In this document: positions 49,494-59,807 of the stretch, piece after piece | Layout of the letters: every line of letters begins with the position of its first letter | How positions within the stretch are numbered: the stretch's first letter is position 1 | NCBI GenBank assembly: GCA_963802275.1 | Contig: CAWDIB010000005.1 | Span: forward strand, 84,089-148,088 | DNA: 64,000 nt | From: an uncultured Chloroflexia bacterium | Lineage (GTDB): Bacteria > Chloroflexota > Anaerolineae > Anaerolineales > Anaerolineaceae | Reading direction: 5' to 3' | Notes under the pieces: model-generated | Database searches by the model: none | Told to the model about the DNA's origin: nothing | The model's input: the letters and a program-made list of their open reading frames with translations, nothing else | Made by a program: the position numbers and the translations under genes

Positions 49494-50510
49494 ATGGACA
49501 TAAAGAAAATTCTTTCAAACCTGCAAAAAAACCTGGAATACAAGGTGCAGGTCAGCTCATATCGCAACCTGGTCTTCAAGGGCGGCGGGGTGCGCGGTAT
49601 CGCCTACATGGGCGCCCTGCAGGTGCTGGAGGACAAGGGCATCCTCGAGAACATCCAGCGTGTGGCTGGCACCTCGGCTGGTGCCATCGCCGCCGCCCTC
49701 ACCTGCTTCCGCTTGAGTGTAGCAGAGACGATTGAAGTTTTTAATACGCTTGAGGTGAATAAAATACCTCAAAGCCGCTCGCTGCTGCAAACGCCGCACT
49801 TTCCACCGGTGCGGGGTCATCAGAACTACCGCCGCCTATTCCAAAATTACGGCTGGTATTCCAGCGAATATTTTTACAACTGGCTGCAGGACACCATCGC
49901 CCGCTTTTGCCGGGGAAACTGCCAGGCCACCTTTGCTGACTTGCGCAAACAAGGCCACCGTGACCTTTACGTGGTGGCCAGCAACCTGTCACGCCACCGC
50001 AGCGAAGTTTTTTCCGCCGCCGCCACCCCGGACGTGTGTGTGGCGGACGCGGTGCGCATGTCCATGTCCATCCCGCTTTTCTTTGAATCACTGCAGTTCG
50101 ATGGGCATACCTTTGGCAGCGGCGATTACTACGTGGACGGCGGCATCTATGCCAACTACCCCATCCACCTCTTCGACGGCAGCGATTTTTCCGGTTCCAG
50201 CCTGGCTTTCCGCAAGGGTACCAACTGGGAGACGCTGGGGTTGTACCTTTATACCGACAAGCGACTGGCTGAAGAAAAACCGGAGATGCCCAAGAATTTG
50301 GTCGATTTCGTCCTGCTCACCGGCCATAATTTTTACGACTCGTATGAACAATCCAGCCTGCTCAACCGCGCCATCGAGCAGCGCCGCACCATTGAGATTA
50401 GCGACTGCGGTATCTCTGCCCTTGATTTCGACATCCTCCCGGGTGGTAAAAAGTACGATCAATTGTTCAAATCCGGGCGTGAAGCGGCTCTTAACTTTTT
50501 CAAGGTTTGA
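49494..50510 (+). CDS. patatin-like phospholipase
   Basis: Oxyanion FKGGGVRGIAYMG, nucleophile elbow GTSAGAI and catalytic Asp YVDGGIY. Confidence 0.8.
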   Translation: MDIKKILSNLQKNLEYKVQVSSYRNLVFKGGGVRGIAYMGALQVLEDKGILENIQRVAGTSAGAIAAALTCFRLSVAETIEVFNTLEVNKIPQSRSLLQTPHFPPVRGHQNYRRLFQNYGWYSSEYFYNWLQDTIARFCRGNCQATFADLRKQGHRDLYVVASNLSRHRSEVFSAAATPDVCVADAVRMSMSIPLFFESLQFDGHTFGSGDYYVDGGIYANYPIHLFDGSDFSGSSLAFRKGTNWETLGLYLYTDKRLAEEKPEMPKNLVDFVLLTGHNFYDSYEQSSLLNRAIEQRRTIEISDCGISALDFDILPGGKKYDQLFKSGREAALNFFKV

Positions 50511-50516
50511 CCCACT

Positions 50517-51332
50517 GTGATCATCCGTTCCCTCGGCTATCGCACGGACCTGTTCTTTTCCGCCTTTGATGGCATCACCACTGACCGCGGGGAATACCTG
50601 GTCATTCAAACCCCTGCCAACCCGGATTTCTACTGGGGCAATTACTTGATCTTCGCCAACCCACCCGGAACAAGCGACCTTGACCACTGGCGAGGGCTCT
50701 TCGCCCGGGAGATCGGTTCTCCGCCGGCGGTCAAACACCAGGTCTTTGGCTGGGACTCACCCCAGGGGGATTTGGGAGAGATTGACCCATTCATTTCTGC
50801 AGAATTCCGCCTGGTGCAAAGCGTGGTGCTCACCAGTCATGCCCCCCACCCCCCAGCCCGCTTGAATGAATCCATTACTGTCCGCTCGCTGCAATCAGAA
50901 GATGATTGGGCACAGGCGACCGACAACCAGGTTGCCTGTCGGGAAGCTGATTTTTCCGAAGCCGATTACCTTCTCTTCAAGCAGCCGCAGATGGCGCGCT
51001 ACCAGCGCATGCAAGACGCCGGTCTGGGTCACTGGTACGGCGCCTTCCTCGCTGGCTGTCTGGTGGCGGACCTGGGCATCTTCCATCGTGAAGGGCTCGG
51101 CCGCTTCCAGTCGGTAGGCACCCACCCGGACTTCCGTCGGCAGGGCATCGCGGCGACGCTCGTTTATCAAGCCGCCCTTCTGGCGATAAAAGTATTTAGC
51201 CTGCACACACTGGTCATCGTTGCCGACGAGGATTCCATTCCATCCCGCATCTATCAATCGGTAGGCTTTGAAATGACCGAAAAGCAGGTTGGGCTGGAGT
51301 GGTGGCAGGGTATTCAGGTTGAGGATTCCTAA
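50517..51332 (+). CDS. GNAT-family N-acetyltransferase
   Basis: Motif A FRRQGIAATLVYQAA. GTG start. Confidence 0.65.
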   Translation: MIIRSLGYRTDLFFSAFDGITTDRGEYLVIQTPANPDFYWGNYLIFANPPGTSDLDHWRGLFAREIGSPPAVKHQVFGWDSPQGDLGEIDPFISAEFRLVQSVVLTSHAPHPPARLNESITVRSLQSEDDWAQATDNQVACREADFSEADYLLFKQPQMARYQRMQDAGLGHWYGAFLAGCLVADLGIFHREGLGRFQSVGTHPDFRRQGIAATLVYQAALLAIKVFSLHTLVIVADEDSIPSRIYQSVGFEMTEKQVGLEWWQGIQVEDS

Positions 51333-51445
51333 TAATCTATTAGGATATTTCATTAATCATGCCAGGTGAAAAATATTCCTGACACATTTTCAGGCGTATA
51401 ATAGGTGTCCGCTTGGGCAGGACATCACAAGCAACAAGATCGAAA

Positions 51446-53284
51446 ATGATTCCAAAACAGGACCGCATCCTCTCCTATGATTTAAAGCACGCCATCCACG
51501 CCAACCGGCTGGTGGGTTTGTGGCGTTTAATGAGTGGTTACCATGCCGAATACCTGGCTGCCACCATCCTGGTCGGTCTGGCCGCCCTGGCGAAGACGCT
51601 AACCTATCTTCTACTGCAGTATTTTGTGGATGACCTGCTCGGCGCGCAAGCTGTTGTGCAGCAGGTTCTCCTGGTTGTGTTCGGTTTCGTCGGCCTGGCC
51701 GGGTTGCAGGGGCTAGCCACCTTCCTGAGCGGCATGTATGCCGCGCGCTCTGCCGAGGGTTCCACCCGCCGTCTGCGCAATTACCTCTTCGACCACATCC
51801 AGCACCTGCCCTTTGCCTACCATTCCGAATCCGACACCGGCGAACTGATCCAGCGCTGCACCTCGGATGTGGATGCGCTGCGCCGCTTTTACAATGACCA
51901 GGCCATCGGCATCGGGCGCATCTTCGCTGCTCTTCATCGTCAACTTTGCCGCGCTGCTGCAGATCGAATGTCACGCTGACCTGCTTTCGGTCATCGTCGT
52001 GCCGTTCATCCTGGCGACTTCGATCTTCTTCTTTAAAAAGGTCACCAAAGCCTATGAAGCCTACCAGGAACAGGACGCCGTCCTTTCCACCACACTGCAG
52101 GAAAACCTGAGCGGTGTGCGTGTGGTCAAAGCCTTCTGCCCGCCAGGACTATGAGATTGAAAAGTTCGACCGCAGCAACTGGGAAAAGTTTCTGCGCGGC
52201 AAGAAGCTGCTCACCATCCATTCTCTTTTCTGGCCGGTTTCGGATATCTTCTGCGGCGCGCAGATGCTGGCCGGTTTCCTGCATCGGCGCACTGATGGCC
52301 ATCCACGGCGAGATCAGCGTGGGCACCTACCTGGCCTATGCCGGGCTGCTCGATCTGGATCATCTATCCCCATGCGCGACCTCGGGCGTTTCATCGTGCA
52401 GATATGTCCAGCGGCCTGGTTTCCTATGACCGCGTTATGAAGATCATCAAGGAAGACCGCGAACCGCTGGATGATGGCAACCTACAACCCGCGCGAAGGC
52501 GCTGCGCGGTGAGGTCATCTTTGAGAATGTGTCCTTTGAATATGAAGAAAAGGACCAGGTGCTGCACGACATCAGCTTCAGCATTGCAAGCCGGGCAGAA
52601 TGTGGCCCTGCTGGGCTCCACCGGCTCCGGCAAGACCACGCTGGTAAACCTGCTGCCGCGCTTTTATGAGCTACACCTCGCGGCGCAGATGCTGCTGGAT
52701 GGCATTGACCTGCTGCAGCATTATTCACGCCGCTTCCTGCGCCAGCAGATCGGCATCGTTGAACAGGAACCTTTCCTTTTCTCGCGCTCCATCCGCGAGA
52801 ATATCACCTACGGCGTCGGGCGGGAGGTATCGCAGGAGGAAGTGGAACAGGCCGCCAAGCGCGGCTGCCATACATGATGTCATCCTTTCCTTCCCGGACG
52901 GCTACAAGACCCTGGTCGGCGAGCGCGGGGTGACCGTCTCCGGCGGGCAGAAGCAGCGCATCGCCATCGCGCGCACCCTGCTGAAGAATCCGCGCATCCT
53001 CATCCTGGATGATTCCACCTCCTCGGTGGACACCGAAACCGAGGCGCAGATCCGCCAGGCGATGCAGAATTCTGATGAAGAACCGCACCACCTTCATCAT
53101 CGCCCACCGCATCCAGAGCATCATGGACGCCGACCTGATCCTGGTGCTGGAGGACGGGCGCATCATCCAGCGCGGCACGCATGAAGATGCTGGTGCAAGC
53201 AGGAAGGCATTTACCGCCAGATCTTACGACATCCAGACCCGCATTGAAACGGAATTGAAAGAGGAGATTTCCAGTGCCGTCTGA
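51446..53284 (+). pseudogene. ABC exporter, fused permease/ATPase (MsbA/MdlB-like), roughly a dozen frame changes
   Basis: Recognisable pieces are scattered over all three frames. They include TMD segments (SDTGELIQRCTSDVDALRRFY; ENLSGVRVVKAF; ARQDYEIEKFDRSNWEKFL), Walker [22 protein letters not shown]-loop [19 protein letters not shown], signature/Walker [33 protein letters not shown], and H-loop TTFIIAHR. Confidence 0.8.
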
Positions 53285-55139
53285 TTATTTTGAAGAAGAT
53301 GAATTCACCGGACGAGGTCAAACGGCGGCGTCTTAAAGCGCATCCTCGGGCTACTGCGCCAGCACTGGATCTGGGTGGCGGGTTTCTCGCCACCATCATC
53401 ATGGTTTCCATTCTGGATGCCTATTTCACCTTCCTCAGCAAAGAGATCGTTGACCAGGGCATCGTTGCAAAGGCGATCCATGCACGCCTGACTGCGCATC
53501 CTCATCCGCTACGCTGTCCATGATCCTGGTGCAGTCAGCTGGCATTTTCGGCTTTGTTTACCTGGCGGCGTGATGGGCGAGCGCGTGCGCTACGACCTGC
53601 GCCGCATGCTCTTCAACCACCTGCAGATCGCTTTCGCTTTCCTATTACAGCCGCACACCGGTGGGCTGGATCATGGCGCGCGTGACCAACGACACCGAAC
53701 GCGTGGCCGAGCTGGTCACCTGGGGTCTGATCGATTCCACCTGGGGCGTGGTCAACATCGCCACCACGCTGACCTTCATGTTCGCCATCAACTGGCAGCT
53801 GGCGCTGATCGTCTTGGCCATCATCCCGGTGCTGCTTTATGCGGCAGTGCAGTTCCGCAAACGCATCCTCAAGCAGTTCCGCAAGGTGCGCAAGATCAAT
53901 TCGCAAGATCACCGCATCTACAATGAGAACATCAGCGGTGTGCGCGTGGTCAAAGCGCTGGGGCGCGAGGACGGCAACCTGGACGAATTCAAGCCGGAGA
54001 CCGGTCGACATGTACACAGCCGGCTACCGCGCCGCCTGGCTGAGCGCGCTCTTCCTGCCGATCGTGCAGATCATTTCCGCCTTTGCCATCGGCGGCATCA
54101 TCTGGTACAGCGGCGCGCAGGTCAGATTTGGTAAGCATCACCGTAGGCGGCATCTCAGGCCTTCCTTTCTTATATGACCTTCATGATGTGGCCCATCCAG
54201 GACCTGGCGCGCGTATTCGCTGAGATGCAGCGTCGCTGGCTTCGCGCGAGCGCATCTTTCCACCTGATCGATACCGCGCCCGAGATCCAGAACAAACCCA
54301 ATGCCATCGACCCGGCTCCATCCGCGGCGATATCATCTTTGAGCATGTCACTTTCTGGTATGAGGATGAGCATGCCGGTCATCAAGGACCTCAACCTGCA
54401 CGTCAAGCCCGGTGAGACCATCGCCCTGGTGGGTTCCACCGGCGGCGGCAAGACCACCATCGTCAACCTGCTGTGCCGCTTTTATGAGCCCAAACGCGGG
54501 CGCATCCTCATCGGCGGGCATGATTACACCGACCTTTCGCTGGAAGCCATCCAGTCGCGCATCGGCGTGGTGCTGCAGACGCCGCATCTCTTTTCGGGCA
54601 CCATCCGCGAGAACATCGCCTATGGCCGGCTGAAGGCCACCCAGGAAGAGATCGAAAAAGCCGCCAAACTGACCGGCGCGCACAAGTTCATCAGCCAGCT
54701 TTCGAAAAGGGATATGACGAACAGGTGGGTGAAGGCGGCGTGCTGCTTTCGGTTGGGCAGAAGCAGCTCATCAGCCTGGCGCGCGCAGTGCTGTCCGACC
54801 CGGAGGTCTTCATCATGGATGAAGCCACTCAGTTCGGTGGATACCATCACCGAAGCGCTCATCCAGAAGGGCATGCACGCCATCATGCAGGGGCCGCACC
54901 AGCTTTATCATCGCCCACCGCCTGTCACCATCAAACGCGCCGACCGCATCCTGGTCATCGAGGACGGGCAGATCGCCGAAGCTGGCATCCACGCTGAACT
55001 GCTTAAGCTGGAGGGTAAGTACTACAAGCTTTATACCCAGCAGTTCCGCCAGCATTTAGAGGAAGCATATAATCCTTTTATGGACAGCCAGCCGGATGAG
55101 TATTCCAAACCAAACCCACCCGCCACGTCAACCGGTTAA
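53274..55139 (+). pseudogene. second ABC exporter, fused permease/ATPase (heterodimer partner), roughly a dozen frame changes
   Basis: The GTG at 53274 overlaps the upstream stop (VPSDYFEEDEF...). Pieces include FLATIIMVSILDAYFTFLSKE, GWIMARVTNDTERVAELV, ENISGVRVVKALGRE, Walker A LVGSTGGGKTTIVNLLCRFYEP, Q-loop [19 protein letters not shown], signature [28 protein letters not shown], and [13 protein letters not shown], each in a different frame. Confidence 0.8.
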
Positions 55140-55200
55140 ATGCGGCAGAGCGCGTTTCAGGTATAATAATTCACATACAAATGATGGAGAAAATCAGTCT

Positions 55201-55854
55201 ATGAAAAACTACAACAAGTTATTTAAGGGAGCACTGGTTCTATTGGCAGCAGGGTTGTTCCTGGCCGCTTGTTCCGGCGGTGCGCCAGCCACTCCCACCA
55301 CTGACCCTAATACGATCCTCACCCAGGTGTCGGAAACCGTCATGGCCAGCATCACCCAAACCGTAGCCGCCATGCCCACCAATACCCCGGTGCCCACCAA
55401 TACCCCTGTGCCAACGCCCATCCCGCTGCCCACCCAGGACCTGAACATGGTCCCCACCGAATCGCCCATCAATTACCCCTCCATACCGACCGCCACCAGC
55501 CAGCATTACGGCAACTGGGCGGCCTGGTTTGGGCAGTCCCCGGCTGACGGGCAAAGCTTCGCCCCGCAGCAGGTCATCACTTTCCATGGCTGCATGCGCA
55601 ACATTGGCGACACGATCTGGAATTCCAGTTATTACCTTATGTACGTGAGCGGACCCAACCTGTCTGGCAGCACCAAAACCTGGCGGGTTGGTAAAGCCGT
55701 TAAACCGGGTGAGTCTTGGTGTTGGGACATTTATAGCACCATGCCGGGCAACAAGGGCAATTACACCACCCGCTACTTTTTTTATTCCGATCAAAATATA
55801 AAAATGTTCGGAGCCACTGGCGGCGAGGTGTTCTTTACCTATAATGTGAGCTGA
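55201..55854 (+). CDS. lipoprotein with Pro/Thr linker and NBR1-like domain
   Basis: MKNYNKLFKGALVLLAAGLFLAACSGG lipobox and PTNTPVPTNTPVPTP linker. C-terminal domain FHGCMRNIGDTIWNSSYYLMYVSG...GESWCWDIYSTMPGNKGNYTTRYFF. The ORF track starts at 55096. Confidence 0.65.
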   Translation: MKNYNKLFKGALVLLAAGLFLAACSGGAPATPTTDPNTILTQVSETVMASITQTVAAMPTNTPVPTNTPVPTPIPLPTQDLNMVPTESPINYPSIPTATSQHYGNWAAWFGQSPADGQSFAPQQVITFHGCMRNIGDTIWNSSYYLMYVSGPNLSGSTKTWRVGKAVKPGESWCWDIYSTMPGNKGNYTTRYFFYSDQNIKMFGATGGEVFFTYNVS

Positions 55855-55871
55855 TCACGAATAATATTAAT

Positions 55872-55899
55872 AAAAGCGCCTGTTCTGACAGGTGCTTTT
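55872..55899. terminator. bidirectional rho-independent terminator
   Basis: aaaagcgcctgt-tctg-acaggtgctttt stem (one G-U pair), flanked by A and T runs. It lies between convergent genes. Confidence 0.7.
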
Positions 55900-55913
55900 A
55901 TTAATTAATGTAC

Positions 55914-56414
55914 CTACTGGTATAAATATTCCATTTTGCTTTTAAATAGCGCCACCTCAAAAACCACATCCGCCACTTCGGCAAAGAAATCACGGGTGGT
56001 GACTGCCAGCATATGCTCCCCGCTTAATTGGGTGACAAAACGGGTGGTGTTGCGGCGGATCTCAAAGCGGTTCTTGCTGGCCATGGCCGGTGTGATGTGA
56101 AAACCAAACCCCATGGGGGACAGTGGATAGTCCTCGATCTTTTTGGTTCCTGGCGGGAATGCCACCGCATAGGCAGTCACCGGTTTGATTTTCGGAAAGG
56201 TCAGCAGCCCCAGGGCGATGCGGTAATAGCCCGGCTGCAGGTTGGCCGGAAAGAACACCCAATTGTAGTGCGATTTCAACAGGTTGTACGGCCGCAGCTT
56301 CCCGCCGCCCCATAGCACCAGGTCGTATTGATCCTGGCAATAGGGGATATACTCTTCCACTGATTGTGGTTCAGGGATCGACAGCGGGAGGTCAGCATGG
56401 GAGGTGGGACACAT
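55914..56414 (-). CDS. hypothetical protein (166 aa)
   Basis: Intact ORF. No motif recognised. Confidence 0.45.
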   Translation of the reverse strand: MCPTSHADLPLSIPEPQSVEEYIPYCQDQYDLVLWGGGKLRPYNLLKSHYNWVFFPANLQPGYYRIALGLLTFPKIKPVTAYAVAFPPGTKKIEDYPLSPMGFGFHITPAMASKNRFEIRRNTTRFVTQLSGEHMLAVTTRDFFAEVADVVFEVALFKSKMEYLYQ

Positions 56415-56423
56415 ATTTGACTA

Positions 56424-56432
56424 AGTATAGCA
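56424..56432 (-). promoter_or_regulatory. extended -10 TGcTATACT (minus strand), 9 nt upstream of the ATG at 56414
   Basis: Minus strand reads TGCTATACTTAGTCAAATATG. Confidence 0.4.
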
Positions 56433-56513
56433 ACGAAATGTAAATAACTTGAACCATTTCATCCTTTTTCACCAATTTTGGTTTTATAATCACTCTTTCC
56501 AATTTTCTATTAA

Positions 56514-58076
56514 ATGACTGCCATGCGGAAAATATTAGACAATCCCCTCTTTTTCCCTTTCCTGCTTGGGTTGTACTTCCCCCTTTCCATCATCAGCCAG
56601 AACCTGCGTGAGATCGACCTGCGTACCATCCCGCGCAGTCTGTTGGCGGTCGCACTGATTGTATTCGTGCTGTTCTTTTTGTTACGTCTGGCCTTGAAAA
56701 GCTGGCAAAAAAGTGCATTGCTCACCGCTCTGCTCGTTTTTGGTTTTTTCTTATACGGTCTTGCATACTCCCTCTTCAAGCAGCCGATCGTGCTGGGTGG
56801 ACTGCTGGGCAGGCATCGGATTTTACTCCCGTTCTTTTTACTGCTCATGGCGGCCTGCGCCTGGCTGATCATCTGTAGCAAGTCCTCGTTCACGAGTATC
56901 ATTGTCCTCTTGAATCTGCTGGGTATATCTCTTTGCCTGATGACACTATTCAGCTTCGCCTCCTTTTGGTTGGGGCAAAAACCGCTGGCAGTTTCCCCTT
57001 CCATGACCAGCCAAACCAGCCCCGCCACCCAGTTGGCTGACCAGCCGTTGCCGGATGTGTATTTCATCATCCTGGATGCATACGACCGCCAGGATTACCT
57101 GGTCAAGAATTTTAGTTTCGATAATTCCGCTTTCATCGGCGAACTGCGCCGCATGGGCTTTTTCTTTGCTGATTGCAGCCGACCGAACTACGCCCATACC
57201 ATCCTTTCGCTTTCCTCCACCCTCAACATGCAATACGTGCAGGATTTCGACCCTGCCCATCTGAATGATTTCGGTCTTACCGATAAGCTGGTGCATAGCC
57301 GCGTGCGCAAACTGCTCGAATCCCGTGGCTACCACACCGTGACCTTCGCCAATGTCCATTGGGATTTTTCGGATGCGGATGTGTTTCTCGATTTCCCCAA
57401 TCCCTTCTTTTCCCCTTTCCTGCAGCCCATCGAGGGCATGCTGCTCGAACAATCCATGCTGCGCGCCCTGACCGACCTGAGTCCTACCCTGCGCAATCTG
57501 ATGGCTAACTTCCTCAACTCGCCGGTCCGGAACCACTATCAGCAGCAACTTTCCATCATCGACCGCCTGCCCGAGGCTATGCAGGTGGCAAGCCCCAAGT
57601 TCGTCTTTGTCCATATCGAAAAGCCACATGGTCCGTTTGTCTTTGATCCGGATGGCAATCTGTTGCAGGAGGACGCCTATTACCGCGATGCCTTTTATTC
57701 CGCCATCAGCCGCGAATACTTTGAAAAGGGCTACACCCAGCAGATCGAGTTCCTCAATAAACGCATGCTGCTTTTTCTTGCAGACCTGCTAAAGAATTCC
57801 AAAACACCCCCCATTGTCCTCCTGGCAGGTGACCATGGCCTGGGCGAAGAGAAGGACCTCGGCAGCCGGCTCAACAATCTGCTGGCGGTTTACTTTCCCG
57901 ATCAGGATTATTCACTGTTAAATCAAAACATTACCCCGGTCAACATCTTCCGCGCTGCGTTCAGCCAGTATTTAGGCGAACAGCTGCCCCTTCTTCCGGA
58001 TAGAACCTACTATTCCGCCAAGGAATTTCGACTGGATTTTTCCGAGCATGCTGAAGAGATGCCAGCTTGTCAATGA
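56514..58076 (+). CDS. membrane-anchored sulfatase-like (alkaline-phosphatase superfamily) hydrolase/transferase
   Basis: Five or six N-terminal TM helices, then VYFIILDAYDRQDYL, NYAHTILSLSS (candidate Thr/Ser nucleophile), VFVHIEKPHGPFVF and LLAGDHG. Confidence 0.6.
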   Translation: MTAMRKILDNPLFFPFLLGLYFPLSIISQNLREIDLRTIPRSLLAVALIVFVLFFLLRLALKSWQKSALLTALLVFGFFLYGLAYSLFKQPIVLGGLLGRHRILLPFFLLLMAACAWLIICSKSSFTSIIVLLNLLGISLCLMTLFSFASFWLGQKPLAVSPSMTSQTSPATQLADQPLPDVYFIILDAYDRQDYLVKNFSFDNSAFIGELRRMGFFFADCSRPNYAHTILSLSSTLNMQYVQDFDPAHLNDFGLTDKLVHSRVRKLLESRGYHTVTFANVHWDFSDADVFLDFPNPFFSPFLQPIEGMLLEQSMLRALTDLSPTLRNLMANFLNSPVRNHYQQQLSIIDRLPEAMQVASPKFVFVHIEKPHGPFVFDPDGNLLQEDAYYRDAFYSAISREYFEKGYTQQIEFLNKRMLLFLADLLKNSKTPPIVLLAGDHGLGEEKDLGSRLNNLLAVYFPDQDYSLLNQNITPVNIFRAAFSQYLGEQLPLLPDRTYYSAKEFRLDFSEHAEEMPACQ

Positions 58077-58187
58077 TCAATGATTTCAGTCAGGGATTTG
58101 GATGAGAGTTAAGACGCTTTTTTTCGCAACCATATTGCAGGTTTTTATGGCGACTTTGCATCTGTTTCATCCCGGGGATTTTTTAAA

Positions 58188-58742
58188 ATGTCCCTGACAT
58201 CCCAACGTAAAGCCATCCTGGTCAACGGACCACCCGCCTCGGGCAAGACCACCATCGCCGAAGCCCTGGCAGCGCACTTCCGTCTGCCCATCCTGGCACG
58301 GGATGCCGTCCAGGAGGCGCTCTATGACACCCTTGGCACGGGCGACCGCGAGTACAACCGCCTCCTCGGACGGGCGGGCGTGGCGGTCATCTGGCGCATG
58401 CTGCAGCAATTCCCGCCGGATGCGGTCGTCATCATTGATACCTGGTGCCGCTACCCGCCCTTCGACTGGCTGACCGATGGCCTCAAGTCCGCCGGAATCA
58501 CCCGCTTCGTTGAGATCTTTTGTTGGGCGCAGGGAGAGGTCCTGGCACAGCGCTACCTCAGCCGCGTCGGTCTGCGCCATCCTGGCCACCCCGGCCAGGA
58601 ACTGGCACCCGAGTTGATTGAAGTGGCAAAAAAAGCCAAACCCACCGGCCTGGCAGAGGCATTCTTTGTGGACACTTCCCAAGTCGCAAGTATCAGCCAT
58701 GCTGAGATCATCCTATGGGTGCAGGAACGGTTGTTCAAATAA
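58188..58742 (+). CDS. P-loop NTPase/kinase-like protein (AAA_33-type)
   Basis: ILVNGPPASGKTTIAEALA Walker A. 184 aa. Confidence 0.55.
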   Translation: MSLTSQRKAILVNGPPASGKTTIAEALAAHFRLPILARDAVQEALYDTLGTGDREYNRLLGRAGVAVIWRMLQQFPPDAVVIIDTWCRYPPFDWLTDGLKSAGITRFVEIFCWAQGEVLAQRYLSRVGLRHPGHPGQELAPELIEVAKKAKPTGLAEAFFVDTSQVASISHAEIILWVQERLFK

Positions 58743-58764
58743 ATTGCAGTTAATCAGCTTAATA

Positions 58765-58806
58765 AATCATCCCCCGTTTTGGTTTTAAAACAGGGGATGA
58801 TTTGTT
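58765..58806. terminator. long hairpin between convergent genes (probable terminator)
   Basis: aatcatcccc ... ggggatgatt 10-bp stem with inner gtttt/aaaac pairing, followed by tgttt. Confidence 0.5.
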
Positions 58807-58825
58807 TCAGTATATGAAGAAATAA

Positions 58826-59530
58826 TTAGGGTTTGGCTTTGACGAGTATGTCATCCAACTCGAACGAGACCTGCACGCCCTCACCGCCCCAGATTTGCCA
58901 GGAAATGTCCATTTTGCTCGAATTATCTGCCTCATAAGTGAACAGTGGTTCCTCGTTGACATAAAAGGTCATGTTCTTCCCCTCCACCAAAATGGTGATG
59001 GTATTCTCCTCATCCCAGATGATTTTGTTGTTCGCCCCTTTCTTTAGGTTCCCAATGTACACTTTGCTGGATCCCTGGTAGGTAAGGTAGTACGAACCGA
59101 AATTGCTGATGGTGAAGCTGTATCCATCCTTGTTCGTTCCGCGCACGATCATCCCCCACACGGTGCTTTTGTATTTGGAGTTGATCTTTCCGGTCATGGA
59201 TACCGCGTAATCCTTGGCATCCGCAAAATTCACAGAAATGGAAAAACCCTTCTTGTATCCGCTGCTGTTCTTGGGATTGTATTCCAGTTTATACTTGCCT
59301 TCTTCGATCACCGCCTCCACCCCCAGCGTCAAATCCATGCCGGTCCACCATTTTTTCGTGGGGGCGTCGAAGGTCTCGCAAACTAGTGTTTTCCACTCAT
59401 CATGCACCGGTGATGTCAGTTTGCAGGGCGTGGCGGTGGGCACTGGAGTGGTCGCCAGCAATTCCGTCCGAATGGGCGTAAACGCAGAGGCAATGAGCAG
59501 CACAAAGAACAAAATAATGACTTTTTTCAT
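58826..59530 (-). CDS. secreted protein with LamG/concanavalin-like beta-sandwich domain
   Basis: MKKVIILFFVLLIASAF signal peptide. The ATG at 59530 has a GAGAGGA SD. Its architecture parallels that of the gene at 408..1244. Confidence 0.55.
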   Translation of the reverse strand: MKKVIILFFVLLIASAFTPIRTELLATTPVPTATPCKLTSPVHDEWKTLVCETFDAPTKKWWTGMDLTLGVEAVIEEGKYKLEYNPKNSSGYKKGFSISVNFADAKDYAVSMTGKINSKYKSTVWGMIVRGTNKDGYSFTISNFGSYYLTYQGSSKVYIGNLKKGANNKIIWDEENTITILVEGKNMTFYVNEEPLFTYEADNSSKMDISWQIWGGEGVQVSFELDDILVKAKP

Positions 59531-59807
59531 TTTTCCTCTCAATTATTAAGAAAAATATTTCACGGCCAGCGCTTTGCTTGATGAAGAAAAATGGCGTAGG
59601 GTCAATGACCGCCTGGCACTCACTTCAATCACAGTGTTCACCTGTCTTCACTGGAATGAAGGAAAAAACGCAAAAAAATCTGGAAAACCTCCTTTTTCTC
59701 TCCTGCTATCATTATAGTGATTTTGAGGCACAATACAACCATCAATCCGTCATTGTACAAATAGAATGGTTTAAAATTGGCTTTCATCTTATGCCTTTCG
59801 AGGGACC

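Noticed and set aside
55375-55412. Tandem 18-nt DNA repeat (cccaccaatacccc[g/t]gtgcc, two copies).
   Set aside because: It encodes the PTNTPVPTNTPV Pro/Thr linker of a lipoprotein. It is a coding low-complexity repeat, not a CRISPR or regulatory repeat.
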